35,095 nt of DNA from Catajapyx aquilonaris (taxonomy: Eukaryota), in NCBI GenBank assembly GCA_000934665.2, contig JYFJ02004060.1, positions 1 to 35,095 on the forward strand. The letters run 5' to 3'. This document shows positions 1 to 17,517 of this stretch, piece after piece; positions within the stretch are counted from its first letter, which is position 1; the number at the start of each line of letters is the position of its first letter. The position numbers and the translations under genes were made by a program. Below the pieces are notes generated by a model that was given only the letters and a program-made list of their open reading frames with translations, did no database searches and was not told the origin of the DNA.

Positions 1-107
1 CCGATTCGACACTATTCCGGTCGACGTTATTCCTTCGACATTATTCCGATTCGACACTATTCCGGTCGACGTTATTCCTTCGACACTATTCCATTCGACG
101 TTATTCC
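1..107. repeat. Tandem minisatellite, 14-16 bp subunits (TCGACRYTATTCC core) in a 45-bp higher-order unit; cut by the window edge
   Basis: ccgattcgacactatt-ccggtcgacgttatt-ccttcgacattatt begins at 1 and again at 46; seven subunits are visible. Resembles the internal repeats of arthropod non-autonomous DNA elements (inference). Confidence 0.85.
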
Positions 108-454
108 GTCCACCCGTGAAGACCCCTCTCACTGCCCCTTCCACCTACCCTTCTACCCACGTCTTATTCACGGTGACCTCACAACAGAGGAGGGGGAAAA
201 TAATGGAAGCCGAACACTGGACTACGGTCGATCGTTGTCTATCAGTGCAGTGCTGCCAAACTGCCAACTCCGTGGACGTTTGTAAAGCAAAATATTTTCC
301 GGAAAAGGGGGCAAAATAACTCGGGCCCTGGGGTAAGGCAATGGCTCAAGAACTCCGTCGTCAAAAGGTTAAAAAATTGAAATGATGAAGAGTGATATTA
401 ATGAATAATAATCCGCGGACTGCCCGGATTACCTATCGTTACCTGATCAAAATG

Positions 455-1177
455 ACCCCGTGACCCATTTTTTAGGGGGGCAGAGGTCAAGTCATAAAAT
501 TCCGACCTCACCGATTTTCTTGAAATTCGGTGCAATGGTAGCCCACCCCAAGGGATGAAAAACGCACCGGCTGAAGTCGAGTTTACATGCCATTCGCCGA
601 ATCAATTAGTCACGATTTCCACATTTTAATTGTTGTGTTTGTTCATTACCTAGCAACATACGATTCGGCAACAATGACAACAATGCTCCCATCTGCATTC
701 TGCTTCAGCTTGAGGAATTAATTCCGGGGTCCCTGGTCACTCCCCCAACTTCAAACCCAGTAGCAAAACAACGATTCAAAGAAGGGTCAGCAAGCCGCAG
801 GTACTGTTTCCTAATTGATTCGGCGAATGGCCTGTAAACCCGACATAAGCCCAAAAGGACCCTGCGACCCATATTGGAGGGGGTCAGAGGTCAAATCCCG
901 CCCTCACCGATTTTCTTGAAATTCGGTGCATTGACATATGCCCCCCTCCAATGTGGGTCAATTTCGAGCAGGTAATAGGTGCGTTTTCATCCCTTGGGGT
1001 GGGCTACCAATGCACCGAATTTCAAGAACATCGGTGAGGTCGGAGTTTTACGAGTTGAAAAATGTCTCAAGTTGTCAGGGCAAATCTCAAGACAACATAA
1101 TTATGATGTCCGTAGGCCCTGTAGCAATGTAAGCTCGGACATCACAATTATGATGTCCGTAGTCGTCAAAGGGTTAA
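455..1177. mobile_element. Composite non-autonomous DNA transposon/foldback with a piggyBac-like right end
   Basis: 501-568 is the near-perfect reverse complement of 978-1044. 455-533 is loosely repeated directly at 858-930. A subterminal near-palindrome cggacatcacaattatgatgtccg precedes the terminus gtcgtcaaagggTTAA (TTAA 1174-1177). A similar end, gtcgtcaaaaggTTAA, finishes at 372. No left end was found. Confidence 0.6.
569..851. mobile_element. MITE with ~40-bp terminal inverted repeats nested in the foldback element
   Basis: ggctgaagtcgagtttacatgccattcgccgaatcaattag (569-609) versus ctaattgattcggcgaatggcctgtaaacccgacataagcc (811-851): reverse complements with few mismatches. Confidence 0.65.
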
Positions 1178-1734
1178 AGAAGGTCAACCTCCTGTCAACA
1201 CCGCAGGGAGAGTTTGTAAGTAGGATTGGCTGCTATATTCAACACTGAACCCGGGAATAGGTCGAGAATATCAAAAGAAATTGTCGGGAAGAATAATGAA
1301 ATCAGTACTTGATCGTCTTTCTGCAGAGTTCCATGGATGTTTATAATAAAGGGGACAGTGATGATTATGAACAGTCGCAAAACCTGGTCTGAAAGTGTGC
1401 ATAATATAATTTAGATACATGTGTGCGATGAGTGCATGCGAGTAGAGGTTGTGAATTTCTGTTCGTACAATAATTAATTGGAGTTTTTTAAAATTCAAAA
1501 GGAATTGGCATGTTGAGGCGGTGAGCAAATGCATGCAGAGTATTTCCCAGCCAAGGCAATGCAAAGGTGGTATTTCAGACGGTTCGCAAGGTATACGGAA
1601 TCGTGGATAACAGTTCAGAATCACGGACGGAGGAAAGGGGTGGGGTGGGAGTACACATGTGATTGAGGGATGGGTATCATCACTGGCTATAAGTCGGAAG
1701 CGATTTAGAATGCGGTGTACGGGTCTTCAATTAG

Positions 1735-2095
1735 CTCTGGGGACGGAATGGGACTTTTAACTGTAACTGTGGGGACGTTTTCAAATAGTGGGGACATTTC
1801 TCGTCCCCACAATTGAGTTCACCGGTAGGGTACATGCATAGTGGGGACATGTCCCCACAATTGGGTCTGTTTAAAAACCATTTATCTCAGCCTAGGTTAG
1901 GTAGGGTAGGTTAGGTTAGGTTAGGTCAGGTCATGTTAGGATAAACTAGGTTTCAAAAGTTGTGTTACCCATGTCCCCACAGCCTATGGCGTGCAAACAT
2001 ATATGTGCACCGCAGGCGTAGAAAAACGTGAGCGAAGCGAGCGGTTTTCTAAGCCTGTGCATAGACAAATTCGAGCGGAGCGAGGGTTTTTCTAG
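1735..2095 (+). mobile_element. Helitron-like non-autonomous element (3' part) containing degenerate (TTAGG)n
   Basis: Repeated gtggggac...gtccccac hairpins; a TTAGG-like run at 1893-1940; a stem-loop around gagcgaagcgag at about 2012-2056; ends cgagcggagcgagggtttttCTAG|T (2092-2095), matching the Helitron CTRR 3' end inserted before T. The 5' boundary is uncertain. Confidence 0.55.
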
Positions 2096-2385
2096 TATGA
2101 CTGAATGAATTCAAATCCATGGTTTTGATATCAAATGAACACACATGAATGTCTCTTTCACGTAAATGAAAAATGACTTGCAGGATTGGTAAGTTATAAA
2201 TATTTTTTTTCTACATTGACACAGCAAATGCGCAAAAAAATGAAAATGACCCACATGTGTACGTCTAGGCCTAAAGAGTGTAGATAACTGGTGCAGTAAT
2301 ATTTCATGTCATTCAAAACATCAGCCTGCTTATAAAACTCTGGCTCATTCTGATTGGCTCAGCATCTACTCGTAAAGTCTGAGTG

Positions 2386-3280
2386 TTTTTTTTTTTTTTT
2401 TTTTAATAAATATCTCACAGTATATAGTTCGGGAGACTCGTATCGCAATTACTAGCATCACTTGTGCTGGTATCGCAGTGTCGTCCGCGACCTGATCTTA
2501 AGCTCACATGAGCATTTCCTTCCACGGTCGCATTTTCATCGTCGCCGGTAGAATAAGCTCAAGTGGTCCAAAAAAGATTCGGGTTGAAAAGGACATCCTG
2601 GGCAACAGTGTTCGGGGTCATCGTACAGCACCTTTGAATCCACCCTCGCACCCTGCCTTATATCCGGATGCCTTTTTCGAACCCTTCATCTCACCTTCTG
2701 ACCTTCGAAGCATCGATAACCACGGGACACGATGAGCACTCAGGACATTCCAACGAGACACGTCGGGTGTACGCACCTTGAGACATTATATGCCAAGTGA
2801 AGGCTATAAGGAGACATGTGGGATGTGGCACCCAGACGAGACATTGTATTCCATCGCAACTCATCGCGTGACCGCATGATTATAGAGTTTAATGACGTCT
2901 TCTGTCCATCGGTGGTCGTGCGGTACAGGGTGCGCATACTCGGGACCCGGTCGAAGGTCATCCCAATGAGAAGCCAAGAGCACTAGTTTTGTCATCCCAT
3001 AAAAGACAGACTCGCACGGGCCCTTTGGGAACACCCTGTACTCTGGTGCCCATGAGGTCAGATGTGGCAGCAGAAGCAGTCTGCCTCCAGCAGAGATGTG
3101 GACCGGACACTGACTCTACAGCTGCAAGGGCCAATTAAGCCCCGGGGCAAACCGGCCCCACAAGAGAAAACACTGGACTCGACCAACACCGCCTGGAGAG
3201 TGTCTGCAAACATTACCCGATGCCGTGTATATAGGATGAAACGGGAATAAGCAACACAACAAACTTGTTTCAACAGGACT
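2386..3280 (-). mobile_element. Probable degenerate 3' fragment of a non-LTR retrotransposon (L1/Tx1-like)
   Basis: On the minus strand a poly(A) tail (poly-T 2386-2404) starts within ATTAAA. The adjacent GC-richer stretch gives broken peptides (SMRTLYR...RCVHPTC, then LECP in another frame) reminiscent of a zf-RVT C-terminus. No RT core motif was seen. Confidence 0.35.
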
Positions 3281-5320
3281 ACATAAAGCACTGAGTAAAA
3301 TATCAAGTGATTATTCGGTCACACATCCATGTTTACCACGGAAGAAAATGAGCTTTTTTTCAGTGCAGAATCATCCCAAAATGAACGTTGTAATGGAGCA
3401 GATGAAAGAAGCAACTTGAAGCACGCATGCATCTGTACACTGCCACCTGTAAAATGAGGAGTACAAAGTATGCGTTTGCCACTAGCAGGCCACTATAGCT
3501 CAAAACTCTCAACATCTTTACTGAATAATAAATGTACCCAAATCACGGATCCATTAGTTAGGCAAATGTGCCATGTGCTTGTTATTTTAACCAGCAACTC
3601 AGCAAGTGCGTCACCATCTCACCAGACACTGATTATAACAGTGTGTGGCCAAGTGCCTGATCAACAATGTCGCATAAGCTGCTTATGTCATCTAAGTCGT
3701 TATCAGCAACTCCAGCATCACACCCATTCTTATGGTAATGCCAATTAATTCGTGCTATAAATAACATGATATGAATAACATGCAACTGATGGGCCCAGGG
3801 GGGTGTGGAAGCTGCAGGTGGTTTGGAGTGAAGGTAAAGAATGAGGAGACGGGAAAGACAAGTAACAATACATCTAACAACGATCATGACACGACGCCCA
3901 GTCTCTTCCATGCTCTTCTGTTCCGAAACCTGACATATCTGAAAATAATCATACTGGATGATGTTAATGGTGGCGCCATACCAAATTGGCAATATCAGAA
4001 GACATGACCGATCAGCTGGAGTAACCAAAAAAAAAGTGCAATAGTAATCGGCACCTCTGGAATTCTGTGACAGCAATGACCACAACATACCGGTATGGCT
4101 CGCATTATGGCAATAATGCAGGAATAAAAGTGAAATGTGAAATTAATTAATTATCAGTTGACAAACATTAAGGATTGACCCCTTACAACCGAACTTGTCA
4201 GATAAAAGTGTACAAAAAAAAAGCTAGTGGCACAGCGTCAAGCAAATTACCTCATTTCACCACATTTTCAAATGACTGATGCTACAAAATGCAATGTAGT
4301 GCAGAGTCGCTTAATTACCTGCCCCATCAGTACATTTCCCCATTAAACACACCACATATACCTTGTAAAGTGAAAAGCAAGTTTGTGTTTGGGTAAGGAA
4401 CTTTCAGGGGAGTGTATTACCAGGCTTATAAGATAACGCAAGTCGAAACCCGGCAGCAAGCCTAATGGCGCATGACATCTGAAACAAGGAAAAGCAAAAA
4501 AAAAAAATTAGAATAATTACGCATCATCACGACAACAGTGGCAGAAGTTAAAGCAAATATCTGCATCAGCATGCTGTCTTTCTTGGTTTGTCAAGCGGAG
4601 GTAGCATATTATGTGAGAGGTTGTGATGTAATATTCCCTTCAGATTAAATTGTTCATTGTTACAATGACGCAAAAATGGGTCTGCACAAACTTAATATTA
4701 GTACTGCATATTTCACTTACCAGCATTTTTCCAGTGAGTACAAAGCGCCTGACAAAAACAAGTCTCACTGAGCACTGTCAATCCGTAGCCCAAAATAAAA
4801 CCATAACCAGTAAACGTGTTGCATCGTGTGATGCCCTCGTCCTGATCATCAAGGTCGACTTCCCCCGCGCATCAGATTTATTTCCTTGGGGCTCCCTCAA
4901 ATCCCTCCCCCAAATCGAAATTGCAAAATCGAGCATGTTCACACCTGCCCCCATTTAACCAGAATCGTCATGCGCCTTATACAGGCACGAGTACTAAAAC
5001 CTCTCCTCGTTCTATACTCATCATCTGACTTCTTTTTTTGTTGTTTTGTTTCAAATCCATTTTTTAAGCAGTCAAGTCGATCGAGGCTTACATGCTATCA
5101 GGGGGGTCAAAGGTTGTACTATACTCCTTAGGTATACTCCCAGGTATTCCTTGGTACTCGAATTTGGTACTCCGGTCAGTCCGGTGTACATTTTACAGTC
5201 GAGTGAGTACCCCCTCGTATCGATTTGGGTGCTTAATGTGGACAGTGATGTAGTGTCCATTTTGTACAGTGCAAACATGGCCTATACCAGTATATATATG
5301 CCCCGTCTGACTCGGTTCCT

Positions 5321-6743
5321 ATGTCAGAAGGCGGTCACAGAATAATGGCTGATTTTGCATGGGGACCTGCTCAGGGGCCGAGTGTGTTTGATGCCTTCAG
5401 ATCGACTGGGATTATTTCTGGGGTTGTTGGATTGCTGCCTTGGAACATAGGGAGTGGGCATCCACAGAAGTTTCGGTTGCAAGGGCTGTTTGCGTGTCTG
5501 CACTTGGCGGGTATAGGGGCGTACTTTTGTTGGATTATTGTCCAGCCGCCGGCGTTTTTTGTTGAAGTATTCCAGGGCACATCGAGTACTTACAAATATG
5601 TGACGGGTGCTTTGGTCATAAGCACGGTTGTGGATGGCGTCTTGTACCTTTTAATGATGTTCAAGTCCAAAGCGATATGCAGGATACTGATTGATATGAA
5701 CATGGTAGATTCCAATATGCATTCAAATGTCAATTCCAACGTCAAACTGTGGAGCAGAATTCTTGCACTTATTTCTTTAAGCACGTCCTCATCAATGGTT
5801 GTTTTAAGTGTCATGGATGAAATGCCAATTACATTTCAGTCAATATATTGCTTGTGGGCCCGGTTTGATCTGAGCTTGATTGCCAAAAATTTAGAGTCTC
5901 AGTTGATTTTCTACTCCATATCCATTGGGAAGCGATTGGAAAATGTCAACTTACAAATAAAATCTTTCTGCTCCAAGTTGCAGCAGATGTTTCCAGAAAA
6001 GGGCATGAAAATTCCAATGGATTACATAAACATGGATCAATTGTCGACTCTAGGTCAAATGTTTCTCAAGCTTAACGATGTGACCCAAGATTTGGAGAAA
6101 TCTTTCAGCTCTTTTCTGGTGATCTATTACATCAAGAGATTGATTGTTCTGATCATCAGCTTATTCTTTGTGGTATTTGAATGCATCCCTAATCATGACA
6201 TACGCACAAGTTGGTTCGGCATGTTATTTATGTTTTTGGACATGTCGGTTTTTATTGGTGTGACTTTAGCGCTGGGAAGCATTCCAGTAAAGGTAGGTGT
6301 TTTCTCTATACACTTGATTATGAATTATTCAACAAAAATGTTATGCCTGTCTTCCTTTTCAGTCAAATGGAGCCTTGGAATTTCTCATGAGAGTAAAAAC
6401 TTGTGATTTATCCTTTGAGCATCAATGCCAGGTAAGTTCTTGCAGGATCCACCGGTTTTTATTTACGATTATATATATACGTGAATAATATTTTAAATTA
6501 TGTCTATACTTGGAATGTTAGATTCAAGCTCTGATCCAAAGAATGTCTGGCCCTCCAGTGCAAGTGGCGGCTGCTAATTTCTTTGCCATCAATCGAGGCC
6601 TCATGACATCGGTAAGTCACCGTAATTCAAATTCTGAATTTTCAAAGTTTAACATACTGACATTATGGAATTTTCATATACAGATTGTTGGAGCTCTAAC
6701 AACTTATTTCATTGTCCTGGCTCAGTTCAAGACTGCTGAATAA
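5321..6743 (+). CDS. Gustatory receptor GR-a (7tm_7 family), ~396 aa
   Basis: Exons 5321-6292, 6363-6431, 6522-6611, 6684-6743, all GT-AG and phase 0. Hydrophobic multi-TM exon 1. C-terminus ...AANFFAINRGLMTS|IVGALTTYFIVLAQFKTAE* carries the GR TYxxxxxQF motif. Alternative ATG at 5345. Confidence 0.92.
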
Positions 6744-7793
6744 TAACCTGTAAATCATGCTGCATTACAACCATTATGCATTCTATCCATGCACCGTAAT
6801 ATGTTTGATGCATATTTCATCTCTGTGTTATGAGAACAAGATACATGCAGGGTAATTTTAGTAAATATTAGAATGCTTCATATAACTTACATAGCTGAAA
6901 ACATCGCTAGATTGTTATCCAATAACTGATTTGCCTTTTTAATTATTAATATATGGTAGAATTTACCTTCAATTTCAAATGCGCACTGGATTTTTGTTCT
7001 CAATGTCAGTAACCAAACAATTAACAAGAAAATTCGTATTTGCACCCCCATCATACTTTATTATTAATGCGTAATGTAATGTTTCCCCTTAAAGACATTT
7101 ATTGATGTGATGGTGCAATACTGTCTGTATAAACATTGCTCCACTGTTTTTTTAGCTTGAAAGTGTCAGTGTCGAGAGAGAAGTACGTTCTTAAAATGAC
7201 GAAGTATTGTATACTACATGCTGCTCATACTCGTAGTTGACTCCATAATAAATTGGTGGTAATGTACACTTTGAACCCCACCCTTTGTGACGCACGCATT
7301 GCCATCATAATGTGTGCACTTCCTACAAAGGTTGAAATGAATTAATGCCTCTCGTATACTACTCGCGTAGGAAAAGTAAACATGGAGATAGCTAGTGTTG
7401 CGTGTAATGTGGTGTCATATGTCACACAGTTTATGAAAGAGAATCATTTTCCGAGGATGTGCTGAAGTGTTTGCCAAACCTTGAAAGCTACCACCATATG
7501 TCATGGGGAAAAATCCAATAATGTCTTGTGCTGGTAGTGTAGCTCAGGAATTACTTACTTTAATGATAATAAGTACAATATATTGTTGTCAATTATTATT
7601 CTCTTCCTGCAACATATTATTAAATCAGTAATATTATTGTTGACAGATAATATACAGGCAGTATAATTATGTGTACAGTCATAGACAAGGACTTGGGAAA
7701 ATAACAGCACCATTCTATTTGCTGACGTAAATGTATACTTTGCTATATAAAATGCAAATGAAGACAACGTCACATTTCAATATACAGAGTGCA

Positions 7794-12252
<4,459 letters not shown>

Positions 12253-13821
12253 TTTAGTTAGATCTGCCTGAAAGTAATTAATATTGTAATTAATAATTAA
12301 TTACGATGATAAAATGTATTATGTACAAATTTGCGTTCCTCAGAATATATTTTTATTTTAAATTTTATCTGGAACTTATTTTGATATAAGGGTTCACATA
12401 GTAAAAACTTAGCACTTTTCGGTCATTTGTGGCAGCAGATTTCGCCACCTTATGAAGTACTATATCCTTTGTGTGTATGCCCACTAAATGCTATGAGAAG
12501 GTATGGTGTATTTGACTTACCTCCAGGAAATGTAGCACCCTTCTGAAAACTGCGTGACTTCGCAGTATTCCAGCGTCTTGGTTAACTCTGGCTTCACGAA
12601 TAAAATATCACTAGAAATAGTGTAAAAAAATTCTTTATGAAGCCTAGGCTAATTAAAGAATGCATCTTCCTGTAGATCATATATTGCGCAAATACCACGT
12701 CAAATTATTAAAATATATTGCGCATACACTGGCACCCTCCGTGCAGCAAACACTCTTGCAGCAAAAACAGTATTCCCTTCAGTACAAACATGGATGGGAA
12801 TCAGGGGAGGTGAGAGGTAATGGGTGTTGTCATACCAGAACATACAAATTAAATAAATAATTCTGCTATTCCGAAAATTGTTTATGAGTAGTCAAATATT
12901 GTGTGTAAAAAGCATCAGCCAAAATAGGGGTCATGTCAGTTCCGTGGGAAATATTGCATAAGATACCGTATATTGTGCTAGCCAAAATGCACAAAATAAT
13001 ATTCAGATTTTATTCGGTTCATGCTACACATAAAAGAAATCAATAACAGCATTTGAAAAGATATGCACAATGAGCTAATTATTGGGCGAGAAGTATTTTT
13101 TGTTTTGTTTTCAGTTTTAACCTTTCCCACGGTGGTAATAATAATTTTTCAGCAAATAATGTGTATTTTTTTCACTTCATCACGTCAGTTTGACGAATCA
13201 CGGCAGCTTTTTTTTTGTTTTCCAAAGGCAGGATTCACGAGAAAATTATTATGTAAGTTATTACTGCACGTCAGAAAATGTTCCAGCCAAGCATACGCTG
13301 GTGCTATGAAAACCAACTCCACTCTAGTGTTGTTATTGTCATGTATGTAATCTAAGATCACTTGGGAAAGTAATTTATTGTGGTTGTTCAATGCCACCAA
13401 ACATGTGGTATGTATTTTTTTTATTATCTTTGTTTGTAAAAAAGGAATTGCACCATTATGTGGTAGTGAAGGAAAATTTGCTACCATGAATATATTCCAC
13501 TTTGATGAATTTGAGGAGGGGAACATAACAATCATCAATGTTAGAATATTAATTTTCTTTTGCCATTCATTATTTGTCTGTATGCACTTGAAAAATTAAC
13601 TGCAACAAAATATTATACAGTACATAGCCTGCACGTTGTGCACGATCATACGGTGTGCTTCTACCTGAAGTCACGTGTAATTAAAAAATAATTCGTGTGC
13701 TTGTAAGGTGAGTCATGTTTTTCTAAGTTGGATTTTTTACGTCACTGACGTGGTCACCCAACGAGAACTGTAGTGTACAGCGACAGAGTAAAACTGTGCT
13801 GACTGGAGTACGTACGTTTCT

Positions 13822-16800
13822 CTACTTTTTATTGCGGATTTTCTCTCGACAAAGTTTGGGAGAAACCTGCAACTTGGAGAGTTTAGGATAGGTGATGGCA
13901 GCTAGCGTGGCGATCCCTATCCACAGAGCTGTGACCAAAAATCCTGGCCACACACCGGAATGAGTCAAGGTCCATCCTCGACTAACGATGCTCCGAGCTG
14001 AACTCGTGGCCAGGGTAGAGAAGCCTCCCATGCAAGCCCATCTCAGCCAGTTCTGAGATATTCCTTCCAGAGGCCACAGTGAACCACTTGTGTAAAAATT
14101 GGGCAGGGTTATTGCGAAGAGAATGACCATTACAACACCCATACTGGTGGTTAGGGAGGACAGAAAGTATCCGATGCAAAACCCACAGATGCCTTGCATA
14201 AGCACGATGCAAGAGAACCATGGCCAGGAACGGGGAGCACTTACATCAATATACAGATAAATAGCAGACGTAGCGCTTATTACATGTATCAGTGAAATAA
14301 AAGTGTAGAAGACAAGGCGACCAAGAAACCTTCCTTTAGCACCCAGTCCTGAAATGACACAATAATTATTAGGGAAGTTGTGAAAATTCAAAACCAGCAT
14401 GGTTTATGAAGTACGTTTGTCATAGTTTTCTAAGTTTTCTAATCTTGCTAGTTTTGTCGGGCATTGTTGCCCATTGTGAGGTCAGTACTATTTATTGCTC
14501 AATGCTGTCATCATCATTTTTATGAGTACTGTACTACTGCCATCAACACCACCACCCCTACCATAAGCAGTTTTATATGATATAATTACGATTACCTGCT
14601 ACAGAAGCACGCTGGGGGCATCCAGAAAGTTGTTCATATACTATTTTGCCTGATATAACTGCCATAGCGGTTCCAAACATTATACTGGAAATGTGAAATA
14701 CTTGGTGAAATGCGTAAAAGGCAGTTAAAATACAGCATAATGCACTAGTGGCTATAGAACTTTACCAATTCCAAATATTTTCATGCTGCAGCTGTGTGTT
14801 AAAAAGGATTGTTTTAAAGAACCAACTTTTAAATAATGCTAAAAGAATTATTATGTAAGTCACAATTATTTTGCGTACAATATATTTGAAGGACATGAGG
14901 CAACTATACTGCAGAATCATGAGTATTTCAGGCCAATATCACTGCACATTCTACAGTATGCGATTTCAATGTGTAGCTTCTTACCATTGAAGAATTCCTG
15001 GGCCTATAAATTCCCGAAAACTGGGTTTGTTGTTGCCATATATCGCCTTCCCTAATTTCACTGGTATCGAGGCCAGACTTTTATACTGATCGCATGCATC
15101 ATTTCCTAAGACTGCATCTAGATTCTTAGCTAACATATGTTGGACCATCATAGTTATTTGCGAATCTGTCGAGAGAAGACACGTGAAATAATATTAATTT
15201 TCAAATAAAGTGATGCTGATGAGAAGAGTCGTTATGACACTAAGCAACAACCATAGACACAGAAGTCAGGCAGAAAGGCGACACAATTTTCTTCAGTACT
15301 CACTGGACATATCCATCCGCATTGTGACGACAGATTTTGAGATGGTTTCGTTGTCGGCAGAGGTGACATTAAATAAGCGTTCCTTGACACTGGCAGAGTA
15401 ATTTGCAGGAAATGAAATAAGTCCCCAGGAATACCCTCTCCTAATCGCTTCCACTGCGCTGGCTTCATCATTATAAGGAATCTATTAATGATAATGGCAC
15501 GTGCATAATAATTATCAAAGATCAAGGCTATAGAAATAGTTACTATTTTCAAGTAAAAATAAATTACTACACGTCATATTGAACGGAGCTCAAAACTTAC
15601 CAAATTAATCATATTTTGATCAAGATTGCGAAGGAAAGTGCAACTGAGGTTTTGAAAGTTGCACATGTTTTCATCGCTTCGGCAAATAGGATCCGTGGGC
15701 CACTCTTCATTTACCACTGAAAACGTCAAATTTTTGGGATCTCCTCCAACAAAGACGCACATCAGCATAACCATAACTGCTGGCAGAGCTAGGGTGGATA
15801 AGGTAACGCTAGAAAGGAAAGTCATATCATGTATTGAATTCAGTTACGATTATAAATTTTAGGTTATACAGATACACCATCATTCATATAAATATGAACA
15901 TGAAAAATTGAAATATACACTAGCTACCATTGCAAGCTTGCAAATATAAAATACCTCCAGTATGTTGCAAGCCTAATAATATCACGATGGGTATTATTAC
16001 TTTGTAATGATTTTTTTTTCAATCAAGTTTAATAGCCTATATAGGAGTTCAAGATCGTGCTGCAATAAATTAATTGTTGCGAACTTACAAAATATTTCTC
16101 TTCATGAGTATGAAGTCTTTGTAGATAGTAGCCCAAGAGCCAGCAAAAGGAGAAGCTGGATACTTAGGCCTCCATTCCGATTGCACACTGGTAGAGACAT
16201 CCTGTCCAATGTTATTCACTGCTGGTGTGTTCTCGGTGTTGTTGATTTCTTCATCAGAGACGCAGAGGTGCAAGAAGACGTTTTCCAGATTTTGTGAGTG
16301 ATACCTTGTGAGGAGAGTGTCTGGCGAATCTTCGGCCAAGAGACGTCCACTTCGTATAATCCCGATCATGTTCGCTTGACGAGCCTCTTCTATATAGTGA
16401 GTGGTCAGAATCACGGTGGTCCTGTGCGCTGAGGTTAGTTCTCTTAGGTATGACCATATCCTGCCATTTTTAAGACCATAAGCTTTTATAAGTTTCACAT
16501 ATATTCATGGAGATAACTGCAAAGCTGTTTTTACTGTTGCATCTTAAATAATGCTACCTTTCAGAGCAATTAACTAACACTTACGTTTGACGGAGAATCG
16601 GATCTAACCCCACGGTTGGCTCATCCAGAATAAGAATTTCTGGATCATGTAACAGAGCTATCGAAAAAGAAAGTCGTCTTTGTTGTCCTCCACTGCGTAT
16701 GAGACATGTTTGAAAACATGGGAAATTACATGCTTATTATAATATAGTAACACGTATACCAATGCTACTCTTACAAGTTATAGTGTTCTATAACTAACAT

Positions 16801-17517
16801 CAACATAATTATTATGAAGACTTTTAAGCCAAATTTTCTCACATTTCCAGCAGTCAGTGGAATTTAATAATATTACTTTTAAGGCAACACAGCCACTATT
16901 TTTAGAGTCCTCTGACAGTGTGGGCCCCACGTAGCCTAAAATCATACCTGAGTGTATGAATGATCCGCTCTTTGGCCGGCAACTGCATGATTTTCATCAG
17001 AAATGACATCCGTATCTCGACGTCTTCGGATGTCATTCCGTTGATGATAGCAAAGTAAGTGATCATTTCTTGTATGGAGCACTCCCAATGCAAACCGATT
17101 TCTTGTGGCATGTACCCGAGTCTTGATCCAGGTATGCCACATTCTTTGGTACCAGGTTTGAATCCAAAGGCCAGGATTGTCCCAAAATCTAGTTCTTGCT
17201 GATCTACTACGCATGTTAGAAGAGTCGTCTTACCACATCCACTTGCTCCTAGCAAGGCGTATCTATATTTTAAAGAAAATGCTATCAGCATCATCATCAG
17301 TTTATTATTAATGGATTATTCCTATGATTTCTTGCTGGGGACTTTATTAATCAGAACTGCTACGTTCGATAGCATAAAAACGTTGTACTTACATGTTCCC
17401 TTGCTTCACGGTCATATTAAAATTCTTAAGGACGTATGTCTTTCGCTTGCCTCTTCCATATGACTTCCAAGCATTCCTTACTGTCAAGACGTCAGGTGTT
17501 TTCACATCTTGGGCCAT
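13822..17517 (-). CDS. ABC transporter subfamily H half-transporter, copy 2 (~700 aa)
   Basis: Exons 17517-17393, 17262-16948, 16692-16585, 16460-16089, 15808-15601, 15481-15304, 15165-14985, 14684-14596, 14348-13822 join in frame (2103 nt). Intron positions and phases match copy 1. [32 protein letters not shown] and [11 protein letters not shown] are intact. Probable 5'UTR intron 17861-17528. Confidence 0.93.

Noticed and set aside
1..107. CRISPR-like periodic repeats
   Set aside because: No unique spacers or cas genes, and the context is eukaryotic; this is a minisatellite.
1893..1940. True telomere or fusion site
   Set aside because: The tract is short, degenerate, in one orientation, and embedded in a repeat element.
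3470..5345. Short ORFs upstream of GR-a
   Set aside because: No recognisable domains or consistent splice structure.
7531..7550. tRNA-like start (ggtagtgtagctcag)
   Set aside because: No anticodon arm, T-loop or acceptor stem follows.
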